A stretch of DNA of 63,915 bases, the filler included, from Reticulomyxa filosa (taxonomy: Eukaryota > Protista > Foraminifera), in assembly GCA_000512085.1 (NCBI GenBank). It is 24 parts of 24 records of this genome, joined end to end, with 100 filler letters (N's around TTAATTAATTAA, not from the genome) between each part and the next. Parts side by side here need not be neighbours in the genome. Positions count along the whole stretch, not along the records: positions 16,716 to 24,187 come from ASPP01015524.1; positions 24,288 to 26,128 come from ASPP01017927.1; positions 26,229 to 28,612 come from ASPP01025252.1; positions 28,713 to 34,881 come from ASPP01025271.1; positions 34,982 to 36,871 come from ASPP01012653.1; positions 36,972 to 42,951 come from ASPP01025321.1; 18 more parts are not named here. One strand, written 5' to 3'. The notes under the pieces were generated by a model that was not told the origin of the DNA, did not search any database, and saw only the letters and a list, made by a program, of their open reading frames with translations. This document shows, in pieces, positions 23,557-38,156 of the stretch (the stretch's first letter is position 1; every line of letters begins with the position of its first letter). The position numbers were made by a program, and so were the translations under genes.

Positions 23557-24124
23557 ATGTCAAAGCTTCCAAAAGGCCGAAGTAAAGATAAGTCAGATTT
23601 TTTGACAACAGCAAGTGTAGGAGGGGGTTATTCAGCCCTCACAGGCGGTTTTGCAGGATTTCATGGATCTGCAAAAGAGGACAGTTTCGAGATCGATCGA
23701 AGTGAAAGTACAGCAGCGATTCACCCTCAAATAGTGTTTTGTTTGAAGCGACTACTAAAAAAAGACTCGACAACGAAATTGAAGGCCCTGCAAGAATTAG
23801 AGGAGTTATTTACGACAACGTTAAGCAATGAGCAATTGGAGCCCTTGGCGGCAGCTTTGGTGCATACATTTAACCGTTTGGCGTTGGACAACGACAAGCG
23901 AATACGTGAGCACTTGCACACAGTGTTGGACTTGTATTTGAAGGCGTTGGTATTGGATCGTCAAAAGCATGAGTACTTTGTAAAAAACCACGTGAAGAGA
24001 ATCATTACATTTTGGTGGTTTCATAAATTTGATCCAGTGCCAGAAGTGAGTGCCGTTGCACATCAGTCATTTCAAACTCTGGTTCAATTTCAAGCGACCG
24101 ACACTTTGGCTGAAATGGATCAAG
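23557..24124 (+). CDS. LTN1: Listerin E3 ubiquitin ligase, N-terminal exon (3' partial)
   Basis: GFAGF, LKRLLKKDSTTKLKALQEL, RLALDNDKRIRE and WWFHKFDPVPEVSAVAHQSF match the conserved Ltn1 N-terminal domain. Confidence 0.88.
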
Positions 24125-24142
24125 GTTATTTCAAATATACAC

Positions 24143-24186
<44 letters not shown>

Positions 24187-24287
24187 TNNNNNNNNNNNNN
24201 NNNNNNNNNNNNNNNNNNNNNNNNNNNNNNNTTAATTAATTAANNNNNNNNNNNNNNNNNNNNNNNNNNNNNNNNNNNNNNNNNNNN

Positions 24288-24859
24288 AGTAAATTTGTAT
24301 ACATGTCCAATGGCGGCGGCAAAGGCAATTGAATAAGTATTCCATCGACATCGTCCCTTGCGTTCAGCTCTTGAACCAAGGACAAAATGTCGCGATAAGA
24401 CATGTCGTTGTTCACCGGGAAACAGTAGTTGAACGACTTCATGTCCAACTCTTGTGCTTTCTTGTGCTTCAGTTGTGTGTACAGTAATGAGTCCTTGCGG
24501 CTTTCCGTGTCGATCAAAATCACTGCCAATCCCGGCGTGCGGTCGTACTGCTGACGGAACTCGTGCACCTGCTCTCGCACTTTGCTAAACACTGTCTCCG
24601 CCAAATGCTTCCCATTTACTATCAATGGCTTCTCATTACGTTGACTATATCCCTTCGTTATATTCTCTCCCCACTTTTCTTTTTCTTCTTCTTCTTCTTC
24701 CTCTTCTCTGCTTGTCCATACTCTTCCGCGCGTCATTTTGCTCTGTGCTGACATTACGCGGGTGCTCACTCGGACCAGACTTTTCCTTGAAAACAGGCCA
24801 TGTCCGACTTTCCAGGGAGTACAAAATTGACGCAAGGTTGGATATATTTGCACACTCAT
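24288..24859 (-). CDS. folD: Methylenetetrahydrofolate dehydrogenase/cyclohydrolase with a mitochondrial-type presequence (3' partial)
   Basis: LIVNGKHLA..PGLAVILI..DSLLYTQLKHKKAQEL..ELNARDDVDGILIQLPLP; the N-terminal extension is R/S-rich. Confidence 0.9.
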
Positions 24860-25338
24860 TGATACTATATAGCCGAGTCAAATAAAACAGGCTTGTTGGT
24901 TGCTCAATGATAATTGATGTTTCAAGTTTTTTCTTCCGCTCCCCCTTTGGTCCTTGTGGACTTTGCGTCTTTTTGTTAATGTCCATTTGATCTTTTAAAT
25001 AGCATTATTACTGATAAAATATTAATTGCAGAGATTTATCTTGTATTTTATTAATTTTTATTTGATTTTATGCCTTTTTTTAAAAGATGTGAACTCAAAA
25101 TGTTGAATTGCGTGACGATGAAAAACGTTACATCATTTACAGTTGAGGAAAGTTTGTGTCATAATTAAAACGTGACAACATATGAGAGTTTGAATTTTTT
25201 TTTTTTTTTTCTTCTTTACAAAAAGAATTTCTTTTGCTTGGATGGTTGTTCAAGTTTCTCTCCTCTCGTTTTGGCATCCATATAAGAAAAACAAGCTTTT
25301 TTGGGAAGAAAAAAAAAAAGGGTAAATAAAATCAGCAC

Positions 25339-26045
25339 TTATTTAACAATTGGATAAGTGGGGATATCATTAATGCCACATTCACCTTGATCTCCATTCA
25401 TTTGGCAATTTTTGCAAATCAAAATGTAGCCATCCTCGCCCCAATCGACGCCCCACGAGTTTTTGCTGGATTATTTTGCAAATCATATCAGTGTTGAACA
25501 AGACAAAAAAAAAAAAATAATAAAATAAAATACATATACATATACATATACATATATATATAAAAATTAAATTATTTATACATATGCATATACGTTATGT
25601 ATATAAAGCATTAAAAGAGACATACGCTTTCCAATATTCTTCTCCATTGTCAGTGCCATAACCGACAACAAGAAGGTCATGATCCAAACTAGTGCCGCAC
25701 GAACTGGACAGCACTCCAGTGGAGTAGTATTGAAAGGCGAACTGATCTGCTTCGACAGCGACGCTGACGCATCCTTGTGCGACGGCATGTTCCAGCGCGC
25801 TCTCATCTCTGGCGGTGACGTCGGTGTAGTTTTTGATGGGGTCTGTCGGCACACACGTCTTCTCTTTGCACGTGCCAGGCCTGCCGGTGTACGGGTAACT
25901 GTCCTCGGAGCAAAGTCCGCCGTTTTGAATCACGTACGTATACGCGTCGTTTACTTCCGTCAGATCGCACTTGCCATTCAAACCCGCGCAGTCGATCAAT
26001 TGTTGTTCACTCAACGCCGTCAGTTGGCCATACGCAATTGCGTAG
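25339..26045 (-). CDS. Papain-family (C1A) cysteine protease, C-terminal part
   Basis: LSEQQLIDC, GGLCSEDSYPY, VSVAVEA, LDHDLLVVGYG, YWK|AKNSWGVDWGEDGYI and GECGI. Confidence 0.92.
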
Positions 26046-26309
26046 CTATGCAAGCATACCAACATTATATACATATACATATATATATATATATATATAT
26101 GTATATGTATATAATGTTGAATCACAAANNNNNNNNNNNNNNNNNNNNNNNNNNNNNNNNNNNNNNNNNNNNTTAATTAATTAANNNNNNNNNNNNNNNN
26201 NNNNNNNNNNNNNNNNNNNNNNNNNNNNTATACATATATATACATATATATACATATATATACATATATATGCATATATGTAATACATATACGCATAAAC
26301 ATAAACACA

Positions 26310-26638
26310 CATTTGAAGCACATAAAATCATCGACTCTTGCGAGCTTCGAATTTCAAAACAAGTGGAAGGCAATAGCAGATGCTTCAATGTGCATGGTTT
26401 GCATTCCAACCATTGATCAATAGGAATCAATTTGCCCCATCTGAGGTTGTCATTTCTTCCGTTCGACGCTACATATCCATACACCAAGCAGTCGGTGAAT
26501 AAAAAAAATACACAGTTTAGTCGTTCGTTTAATAGCTTGCCGATTTTGCGAAGCGGTCCCTCTTTCACGAATTTTCTGTTGGTGGCATTATTTTCACCAA
26601 ACAGACAAACAAACAAAATTGTTATTAGCAGTAGCAAA

Positions 26639-26669
<31 letters not shown>

Positions 26670-28590
26670 GGTAAAAGAACCTTGAAGCAGCAACAAGCCG
26701 GACCTCGTCATTAAATCGCTGTTCGATCTCTCGAACAATTTGGCGACATTGAAAATCTTTAATGCGTTCGTTGGTGATTTTGCTCTCTCTTTTAATCTTT
26801 TCCAATGCCTTTTGCAAGTCACCGCGATCGGGATGAGTGGGTTCTGTATTTGCCAAGATTTTATCGAGCAGCAGTTCGTACCGAGGAATGCGTTGAATGG
26901 GCAATATCAAAAAGCTTTCCAAAGGCAATTTTCGACTGCTCTGTTGGCACTTGGTGAACAAATAGTTTTTAAACTTGATGTCGCTAGCGCATAGCCGTTG
27001 AATGGTGGAAATCGCTCTGGAGTGATTGTTGATGTAGCTTTGGTACATTTTCAAATAGGGAATGAAAAAGTTCATTTGGGGGCCCAACAGGCTGGTATTG
27101 TTGTCAAAATGTTTATAAATGGCCTCAAAGTTGCTCAGCAATTCGCAATTGAACTGTTGGATCACTACTATATCGTGTGGGAATATCAATTTATAATCCG
27201 TTTCGGATAATACTCCTCTCGACGGACTCATCCAGTTATCTACCAGTTCATTTAGTAGTTCCACGTACTTCCGTTCAGTTTCCACTATCGATGAGGGGGG
27301 GGGGGGGGGGGGGAACAACAAAAAAAAAAAAAATCTTTATTAAAAAAATCTGCACATAAGAAGAAGAACAAAGCAAAGGCATCATACATACATATGTATT
27401 ATATATACATATATGTACGTGTATATGTACTGTGATGCATGTAAGTTTTGTATATACATATATATATATATATGTATATATGTGTATATATAATAATTCA
27501 AGCTCTATTAAATATATGAAAAAAAAAAGTTAAAAGTGGCTCTTTTAAATAAACGTAAAGTACAATACCTAGCTCGGTTACTGCCATTATTCGATTGCGT
27601 GCTCGCTTTTGTTGCTCATCTTCACCAACGGTTCGGCTCTCTGAACTTTGACCCGCGCTTGCATTCGGCTTCGTGGCTGCATTGGAGTCACTACACTGCA
27701 ACTCGCTCGATGGGATTGAAATTATCTCTTCTTCTTCTTCTTCTTCTTCTTCCTCTTCCTCTTCTTCTTCTTCATCGTCGTCATTCCACAGCGGGGGTGG
27801 AGGCAAACCAGCGGGGAAATCGCATGTCTCGTCACTCTTTTCATAGACCATTGCTGCTATTGTTTTTATTTCTTTTTCACTTCCTTGCGAACGGAAACTC
27901 GATCCTATTGAACACACGTCCGGCACTGAGGTAAAAGTGCCTCCCAAACTACCGTGGCTTTCTTGCTCGTGATTCGAAAGGTTTGTGTTCGGTCCATTCG
28001 CCAACTCTTCGGGGTTTTTTTCTTCAAGTGATACCGGTGCTGACTCAACAAGATGCTTTTTCGCTTGCGGAGCACTGGTTATCTCTTCTTCTTCACTTGA
28101 ATCATCAATATACGAAGGAGGAGGTGGCAAACCATCAACTTTATAAGCATGTAACGACATTGCTGCCCCTTTTTTTTTTTAAAAAAAAGAAAAGTTAAAC
28201 TAAAAGTATTTTTAAAAAGTGCAACTGCACGAGAAAGTATTTTTATCTCCAAAGCAAAAATTGCCGAAATTTGGTGGAGAAGTAGTTTAAAAAATGAATG
28301 TAATATTCCGTGTTTTTTTTTTTAAAAAAAAAAAAAATTGGATAACTTTTCACACAACTAAAAGCGCACACTTTGTAAAAAAAGTATCCCAATATCGCAT
28401 GAAAGCGTTGAAAAGTGAATAGAGAGGAGTGATTATTGTCCCACGTGATTGGTCTTGTGCTTGCACAATGGACAGGTAGTGCTCTGTCTTTTTGAGGTTT
28501 GGGAGCGAAACCATGTATCGACACAATTCGAGTGAAAGTGATGGACTAAACACATCATTACAACCCATTCAGATCAAACTTATTTGAGAG
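26310..28590 (-). CDS. DH-PH RhoGEF with a Pro/acidic N-terminal region (multi-exon, partial)
   Basis: RNRIMAVTE|IVETERKYVELL, LESFLILPIQRIPRYELLL..HPDRGDL, then PH KFVKEGPLRK..FFLFTDCLVY. Confidence 0.9.
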
Positions 28591-29054
28591 GAAGAGGAAA
28601 AAAAAAAAAAAANNNNNNNNNNNNNNNNNNNNNNNNNNNNNNNNNNNNNNNNNNNNTTAATTAATTAANNNNNNNNNNNNNNNNNNNNNNNNNNNNNNNN
28701 NNNNNNNNNNNNTTACGTGGAAAGCCAAGACACTCTTGCTTATGATATCTTTTTCAAAAAAAAAAATAAAAAGGATTACTTCGAAACTTGTGTTTGATTT
28801 ATTTGCTTGTTGTTTTTTGATTTTCAATTTGTAATTATGTCCTTTTTTTTAAAGAAAAAAAACTTGTCCACAAATCGTGCGCAGCTCAAATAACTCAAAT
28901 ACAAATGTACTGTCTTTGTCTCGAGATATCCCCTCCACACTAATACTTTCAATGTATCATCCGTTGACTCTTCAGTTACGTACTAATCAATATTATTATT
29001 CTACATACATACATATATGTATATGTGCCCTTTTTTTTAAAACAAAAAATAAAA

Positions 29055-29649
<595 letters not shown>

Positions 29650-31459
29650 CTTGTCTCTTTTGATTCAAATTTAATTATTGAAAAATCAAAGCCATAATCT
29701 GATATTTCAAATGTCAATTACGGTTTTTTAGTTCAGGGATTATGACGTGAACGTACTTTGAATAAGCTTATTTATTCATTTTTGTAAGTTTGCACTGTTT
29801 GACGTTAATATAACAATTTTTTACACTTTATTGTTAAACGTGTTCCTGCTAGTTTACATTTATTTGGTAAAATGAATGCTTAAACTTATTACTTTCCAAC
29901 ATACAAAAACAACAATTCTAAAGTGCAAAGTATGTTGAAAGATATTGTGAATAACAATTGAGCAACATAAATGTAATTTTATCCTTTTTTATCATGTTTG
30001 TTTCATAAAAAAAACCAAACTACTTTTTTTGAGTCAATTTATATTAGTTTTTTTAGAGGAGAAATAAGTTACAATGTGATTACATAATTTTTTTAATTTT
30101 ATAACAGAGTATTTGTATATCTTACAAAAAATTGTTTTGGTTCAATAGAATTCATTTAAACTTGGATTGATACTGTTTCATTTTGAAAATCAATGAAAAG
30201 AGCACTTGTGCATGGATCTAACAAAATAAAAAAGAAATATTCAGAGATTCATAACTGACCTTTTAACGAAACAAGTTTACTTTGTTTTGTTTTATAGTTG
30301 AAGGAAAGCATTCTTCGCCTCCTTGCCGTTTCCACTGCTTTGAAGATTTTTCAATAGTCACTGTATGCCCGACACAGTACGTTGAAGGGTTTTTTTAACA
30401 ATCTTTTTTCGTAAAAAAAGAAATTAATTGAAAAGTTTTTCATAATATATTTAAACTGTTGAACGATTAAAGCAATTGGTAAAAAAGTCATTATTCCGTA
30501 CATGATTAATACAGACAAATACGGTGCATATTCACGCGCGGGAGGATAATCCTTTGGAAATAACAAAAAAGGCTTATGTGCTTCTGGAGTGGCAAGTGTT
30601 CAAGAGATCGCACAAAGCACTGACAATTGCAAAAGAACGTTGCTGCACAATAATAATAAAAAAAAATAACTTTTCTCATTATTATTTATTGTATTGGAAA
30701 AAACCAAGCTTTTGGATATATCAAATTATTAAATTAAAAAAGGGGAAAAAAATATTGCGAAGTTTTTTTTTAAGAAAACACTAGGAAACTTTTAAATACA
30801 AGACACAAAAAATTTAAATTCTCAGTTTGTTGATTTTAGTCATCAAAATAAAAGCAAAACATAGTTTCGTTTTTTTTTTCATTACCAAATTTTTCAAGCT
30901 TTCTTTGTTTTTAGTTCAAAACAGCTTATTAAAAAAAAATGTTAACAATGGATTATGTAAATTCATTATATTCGAAAGCAACTAACAAATTTTATTAAGA
31001 ATTAATTGTGCCAATACATTAGCTTATCTACGTTTTAATCGTTAAGCTTAAAAAGACAAAACAAACGGCAACAAAACAAAAGAACAAAAAATTTTATTTT
31101 TTCCCCTTTCTAAAAGTGATAGTTTTAGCTTTTCAGTTGTGTGAAACGCACACGTAAAAAAAAAGATGGAAAAAAAAAAGCAAAGAAAAAAAGCACAAAA
31201 TAGCAAAGCATATATCAATGACAAAAACAAAAATTCATTGCGCGCAAAGAAACGACACTTTGCACAGCCTATGAAAGGTTGGATGAAGGAGATAAAAAAA
31301 ATTATTGACACCAAGAAATTATATTAAAAACATTTGTAATGCCACGCAAGGTCGGACAAACAAACAGAAAAAAAACGAATCGAAATTGTTTTAAATTAAT
31401 CCCCCTTTTCGCTTGATACACATATATAAACAAATATCTATATATGTATATATCAATAT

Positions 31460-33780
31460 ATATATGTATATGCAAATAACCAGTAGCAATGTTCGAAAGC
31501 ATAAGCATATAAATTCAGTATGTGGGCTTACTCTTGCTTTCGAAGGAAGATGGACAAATTCGTTTGGCTTTGTTATGTTGTTGTTGAATATACTGTTTGC
31601 TGTCCCAGTGGTCTGTGATCTTATCAACTGCTTTCCCGTGGTCGGCCTTTTTGCATTGGCAGGACGAATGTCAGTTGTCGTTGCAGTAACGACGCTTCGA
31701 GGTTTACTGTTGTTGTTGCTTTCTTTAGCCTTTGAAATTGCCATGGCGGAGACGAGACTGTGGCGACACTTGGCAGCATATTGGAGTTCGTGGCAGTAGC
31801 GAAGACGTTCGAGGCGAGATGGTTAAACGTTAGAGTGGCTCCAATTTCAATGGAAAAGGCAGGAGATCTATCCAAGTCATGAACGGAGTCGATAATACCA
31901 CCTGTGACGTGCAATCCTTGATTAAATCCCCCCTCCAACCACGGCAATGGACTCAAAACGGAGGTGCGATGTTGATTGGAGTATGTGAACTTGGAGCGTC
32001 AGAAGTAGAGCTCTGTAGCAGAGCCTTGAGACAAGATGCCGCCACTGACTTCACTATTTCGCGGCGAGAAGGCGCTTCGATAATATTGCTGCAACGTTTC
32101 TTGTAACTGTTTGTTTTGCTGTTTCATTTGTTCCAGCCCTTTTTGATGCGTTTGCAAATTGTCTCATAGTACTTTTTCCGTTTTCCGGCGTTCTGTAGAC
32201 GTAAATTTGCCAGATTCAATTGATGTTCCAACTCTGCAATGGTGCAATGATTTTCAAGCACTTGTTCGCTTTTCTTCACCTCCTTCGACAGATCCAAATG
32301 CACCGCCATCAATACTGCCTATTTGCGTTTGATGTGGTGCAAGTCCAGATGCGACTCTTTGCTTTTTGCTTCGTAAATGAAGTCGATGAACTTGCCATTG
32401 GCGGGGTACTCTGCCAGCAGCGTGTAGTATACGTCCGGGTCGTCGAATAAACCCTTCCAAGCCGCTTTGTTCGCGTGGATGTGACTAAAGAAAGATACAC
32501 TGATATATTGCATCGTCTATGGTTTCATACAACAAACTGGGACCCGACTTGTTGTTACGTTGTGTTCCTCTATTATTTTCATTTTCATTATTATTTTACC
32601 ATTTGCATTTGCATTCGTACTTACATTGGGATTGTGCTTTGCATTGTGATGACGAGATGTCTGACCGGCGGGAACAGGCGAATCGAAGGGCAGATGATAA
32701 TGAACTTGAGCGTGCCGATGGAAGTCGCCGACCGTTTTTCTTCGCTTTTGTTGGCTCGACTGCATTCGGCTCTGGTCTTTCGTCTGGAGAAGAAGAGCCC
32801 ACTCATCATCCTTTTTTTTATTCTCTCCCTTCTCGCAGCTGCTGCAAGACGAGTCCTCTAACGTCGGCGAGTGCTTCCGTATCTTCTTATTCTTTTTCGT
32901 GTCTCGAAGTGGCTCTGGATCTTGGAAATGTAATATCGCTACGTTTCTAATACACAATATATATATATATATATATGTATACGTGCTTCTTTATATATAT
33001 AAAAGTTTGGAGTCAACAAAACTTTTTTTGAGTGATCTGAAATGGTTTGAAAGAGCGCGATGGACGTGAGAAGAGAAAAGACTTGGAGGAAAAGTTGCAA
33101 CAGCTATTGCTGGCCTTTCCCGACGACGCTATGTTACTCAAATTGTCGGCAAACTCATTCGAATCTGAAATGGACATCACATAAACGAACGAGCAACTGC
33201 AAACCTACATTGGATAAAAAAAGTGTACTTGCAGAAAAAAATAAAAAATATTGTAAACAACAGCCTAAAAAAAAAAAAATTGTGGGACGGAAAGAGGATC
33301 GATAGCATGCAAAGGTTTGAATTTGGGCTTGACAGAATCATTTGGAAAAGTATTTCTACAATTGTGGCAATTGCTGCAAAGTCTTGAAATGTCTTACAGT
33401 GTCATTTCCATTGCATTTGTATTGCTAATATTGTTAATGCCATTGCCACTCATTGTTGTCATCACATTGACATTGGTATTTATATTTGAATTTGAATTTG
33501 CACTTCTTTTTTCTTGTTGCTATTGCTGCTGTTGCGATGTTGGATTGCTTTCTTCGTGACTCTTCCGACGCTTCCTCATTGTCGAATGGAGGTTGCTTTG
33601 CCTCAAATTCTTATTTACGTTCATATTCACTGCCGACGAACTGCGATCGCTTCCTAGTTTTCGTGGGTACATGTCCTTGCAGTATTTGAGCAACAGTGGG
33701 TTCGTCACGCTCTTTGCAAACACATTCTCTCTACTCCAACTGCCCAGCGAACGGCTCTTCCCCACTCCCCCCCCACTGCT
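31460..33780 (-). pseudogene. Disrupted coiled-coil/low-complexity protein gene
   Basis: A chain of GC-richer ORFs on the minus strand, with an in-frame TAG at 32319-32321 between colinear ORFs and several frame changes. No family recognised. Confidence 0.4.
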
Positions 33781-34089
33781 CCTTCAAGCCCATTGATTGA
33801 TTACGTATTGCTTTTTTTTTTAAAAAAAAAAGGAAATAACAACACCGAGAAATATTAATTATAACAGGTCTTAGTTATTTCACAGCAAGTAAAAATTACT
33901 ATTTTTTTTTTCTTTTATGTTATCTTATGCAATATTTGTACCGTTATTGATTCTAACAAATGTTTGTTATAAAAAAAAAAAAACTTGAGCGGTTTTTCGC
34001 AAGTTATTTACTAAAAAAAAACATAACAATTTGCGTTCAAATGATTCCAATTAAAAAAAACCAAAAATAAGGACTCTTTTTGTTTTGTT

Positions 34090-34520
34090 TAATCAAAAGA
34101 ATGAATTTGGCAGATCCAGTGCTACTCAAGCCAGGTCTTCCTTGTCCCACAGGTTTGTAGGTAATGGAAAACTCAGCCAAGTAATAGCCAATCATAACAG
34201 GCTTAATTTCAACATGAATATAACCTTTGCCGTTGTAAACATCAACCTGACTTGCGATCATCTCGGGAACGACAATCATATTTTGCAAATGGATTTTAAT
34301 AATTTTGGTTTTTAATGGTGCATTGAACGCTTTTTTTGGCTTTGTGCAATCGTTTTATAAATAATTTGTGTTTGTCACTCAAACCTCTTCAAAATCTTCT
34401 TCGAGATTGGAGCATGAACTATTCTTTCAACTCGTGTTCCCAATTCCGACGCTTCCCTACTTCAGTAATATTTGCGAAATTTTCTTTTGGCTGCTTTTAC
34501 CACATCTCCAGTCATTCCTA
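34090..34520 (-). pseudogene. RPS15: 40S ribosomal protein S15 (uS19) pseudogene
   Basis: [51 protein letters not shown]; the 5' half has stops and frameshifts. Confidence 0.88.
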
Positions 34521-35171
34521 TGGACAGTGAGGAGCTTTACGTTTACCGACGCGTTTAATTTTGGCATGGTTTCAAAAATGTTTGATTTGATTGCAAATTG
34601 GACCTGAAAGGATGAAATAAACAGTCCCTTTTTATTGTTTTGTTTGGCACTTCAAATTCTTTCTTATTACGAACACAGTTCTTTGACCTAAATACTCATT
34701 TTTGAGAGAAATTGATTTGTAAATTCGTAGTCAAAAAAATGATATCATCTGACAATGCACAAAAAGTGCAAAAAAAACTTGAAGGCTTCATGCCAAGTGA
34801 CGGAGAATAATATCCATATGTTGCTGCTAAAAATAATGTGATTGCTACAAGCAAGCAGCCTAAAAATGATGAGTGAATTAGNNNNNNNNNNNNNNNNNNN
34901 NNNNNNNNNNNNNNNNNNNNNNNNNTTAATTAATTAANNNNNNNNNNNNNNNNNNNNNNNNNNNNNNNNNNNNNNNNNNNNGGCTCATTATCTTTTTTTT
35001 TGTTGTTGTTGACAATCCCTCATCAAAAAAAAATATTTCCGATAATGCGTCAACATGCTTTTACCCCCCCCCCCCCTCTTTACGTATACTTTCAAAAAGG
35101 ACCTTCTTTTCTTCATTCAATTTGTTCCATTCTTCTGCCGACTCTGCTTGCCTTTCCTTCCATTTCTGTTT

Positions 35172-36640
35172 TTACATTTGAGAGCCAAAAAAAAAAATGT
35201 GCTGAGAATTTATATGTGCTTTTTTTTTTGTTTCATTAACTGTCTCCATAATTTCGCATTGTTGGAGTTTTCTGTTGAGCTTTGTTTTCAGTTCCTCAAG
35301 ATCCACTTCTTTTACAAGCAATTCTTGCTCTTTTGACTCCCATCCTCTCTTTTCAACTTCAAATTGCTGATTCTGTAGTAAAACTGAATTTAATTTATTT
35401 GTCTCACATTTCAACTTTTCATGTTCTTGCCATAATTTGGCTTCCTTTTCTTGAACTTTTTCTTCCCTTTTTTTAAAAACAACTAATCTTCTAAAACAAA
35501 CTAAAAAAGTAGTTGATAAGATTATACCTATGTTGGCAACGTTGAATTTGTAGCGCTATATCATGTCTTTGTTTTTCTAATGTAAGTTTCTCATCAATCA
35601 TTTTCTGCTGCCATGTTTTTTGTTCGAATTTTAGTTGATCCCAATGTTGTTGCAATTTTGAATTTTCAAAATGCATCTGGCGTACTTCCTCCGTCATTTC
35701 TTCATGCCTCTTTTCCACTTCTTTTTCCTTTACATTTGTTTATTTATTCAAATACAATGGATTGCTCTGTTATCATTAATAGTATATATTAGTACCTTTT
35801 TTGCAACTGATTCAAATTTCTCCAACAATTGTTGCAACTTACAACTTCGTTCTTGTTCAAGGATTTTTGCTTCTTTTTCTGTTTCTTTTTTTTATTCTTG
35901 CATTTTGCTATTGATAATTAAAAAACTGGTAAAGATAAAAGAACAAACTTTCTTTGAGTTGTCGACTTTCGATGTCTCTCTTTTCAATCAATTTTTGTCG
36001 AGTTTGTAATTCTTGATAGCTGTCATATTAAAACATTTCGGTCAATAAAAACATTTTAAACAAAAAGCCAATAAAATCACAAAAGCAACTTAACAGGTGC
36101 TCGCTAAATTCAATTTTTTCGTTTATGTAGTCAAATTGCTTTGAGTCTTGTTATGTGCGTACAATCGTAGGCGTACAAACACGCAGAAACAACTAAAAAA
36201 AAGGAGCAAAATAAAAAAACTAAAACAAATAAAAGAAGCAGATATATTCACTTTGCACTAATTGCTCTTGTGAAGGTCCCAATTGAAGTATTTGGGTCTT
36301 GATTTGAGGAAAATTCATTTTTATTTTGAGTTCTTCTAACGATGCATGTTCGTCTCTTTGTTTTTTCTCTGTTTCTGCTGATTGTTCTTTCTTTTGGAGC
36401 TCGTCTTCCCACGCTCTTAACTTCTTTTCAAACTTTGTTAACTCTTCTTTCTGTGTTGATACACAGTCACTTGCAAAAAGTGTGTTTGTGCTCAATTTAT
36501 CTGTTAAAGAACTTGCATTTTGTATTTGTTTTAATTTTATTTTGTGTAATATCTGTGATGAAATTCGTAGCAAAAATTTTAAAATTTGCTTTTACCTCTT
36601 TTCATGTTGCCACATTTCTCATTGTGAAGAGTTTAACATG
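35172..36640 (-). CDS. Coiled-coil protein (multi-exon, partial)
   Basis: Series of E/K/Q-rich heptad exons separated by GT-AG introns. Confidence 0.55.
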
Positions 36641-37054
36641 TATCAGAATGTTACTGCTCTTTTGACCATTATGAAGAGAACAACTTGAACTTTAAACTTA
36701 CAATAAAGATTTTTTGTTATTACCAACTAACAAACATTTAAGAAAAATCGATAAAAGGTTTTTGATAAAAGTCAAAGTTTCACGTTTTTTCAATTCTTGT
36801 TGATTGTGTGAAAACACTGGTGTGACGGCAAGCAACAAAGACATACATGTGAGATTGTTATGCTCTTTTTTNNNNNNNNNNNNNNNNNNNNNNNNNNNNN
36901 NNNNNNNNNNNNNNNTTAATTAATTAANNNNNNNNNNNNNNNNNNNNNNNNNNNNNNNNNNNNNNNNNNNNTTTAAAACAAAACAAACAAAACAAAACAT
37001 TACGTATACAACACAACATAAAAAAAAAATAAAAAATAAAATAAAATACACTAG

Positions 37055-37838
37055 AACCAAAACATCAAACTTCCTATTAATGTTGATGAATACATGATGG
37101 ACGGAAGATACAACAAAGTATTGAGTTTGATGGACAGAGCCCCGGATAAATACTTTGGCATGTTTTTAGCTGAGTTGGAAAATGTTGTTCGGTATGTTTG
37201 CCAATTTTTGTTTTTGATAACATTATGTCAAATTGTTGTGCTCTCATAAAAGCAAGTGAGTTACAATCTTATCCCCCAATAAAAGCATGACTTTAGTTGA
37301 ATGCCCAAATAAATGACTACTTGCTTTTTCATTATTGCTAATTATCCATTGCTATTGTGTTTATCATTTGAAATAAAAAATTATAAACAAACAATTATTT
37401 TTTAAAAGTGGTTATACAAATTGAGAGATTAGAGATGTGTTGCATTGATTTGACGATTATTATAGAAATGAGATAGCAGAATCGTTACAACTTATCCATG
37501 ACAGTATGCCTGTTAGAGACAGTCTCAAAATACTGCGCTTGGCTGATGAGCGAGCTTTGCAAACTTATATTACTCAAGTTTTGTGTTTGTGTGATCACAG
37601 TCTTGCTCATTTATGTTGCATATATGCATATACATATATTTATTATTATTTTTTTTTTTTTTTTATAACTAGTTGAGATTGTTTGTTTGTGTGTTTCGAA
37701 TAGACCAATCGCAAATGGTCTGTTAAAGGAAACAAATTGATATTTGAAACAGTTACAGAAAAGAAAGTCAAAATTAATGCTATGGAAACTACCAAAGACA
37801 TGTTACAATTCACCGCAAATGTGGAAACAATTGTTTGA
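37055..37838 (+). CDS. RPN12: 26S proteasome lid subunit RPN12 (PSMD8), last three exons
   Basis: NIKLPINVDEYMMDGRYNKV..PDKYFGMFLAELENVVR|NEIAESL..|KWSV..MLQFTANVETIV*. It is absent from the ORF track because the exons are short. Confidence 0.85.
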
Positions 37839-38156
37839 GGGCAACTATGTCTTTCAGTTTTTGTTTTTTTTTTGCTTGAAATGGTTTCCATTTTCATTCA
37901 ATTCAATTCATTTCATTGGGTTGAGTTTACGATATTAAATTTTTGAGTCAAAATGATTGCACTGAACATTTCGTAAATGTATTAGTGAATAAAAAATTGA
38001 CACAAATAAAAACAATCGAATCATTACTCTCTTTGTATTAATTTCTTGAAGAAATAAGAGCTTATGTTAGTTAACAAAAAGATGAACATGTCAACAAGGG
38101 AGAAATTTATGAGTTAACGACACAGTTTGGGAAAAGGAAGTCGACAAGCCAGGAAA

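Noticed and set aside
30290-30660. Possible small membrane-protein gene
   Set aside because: No consistent spliced frame or recognisable family.
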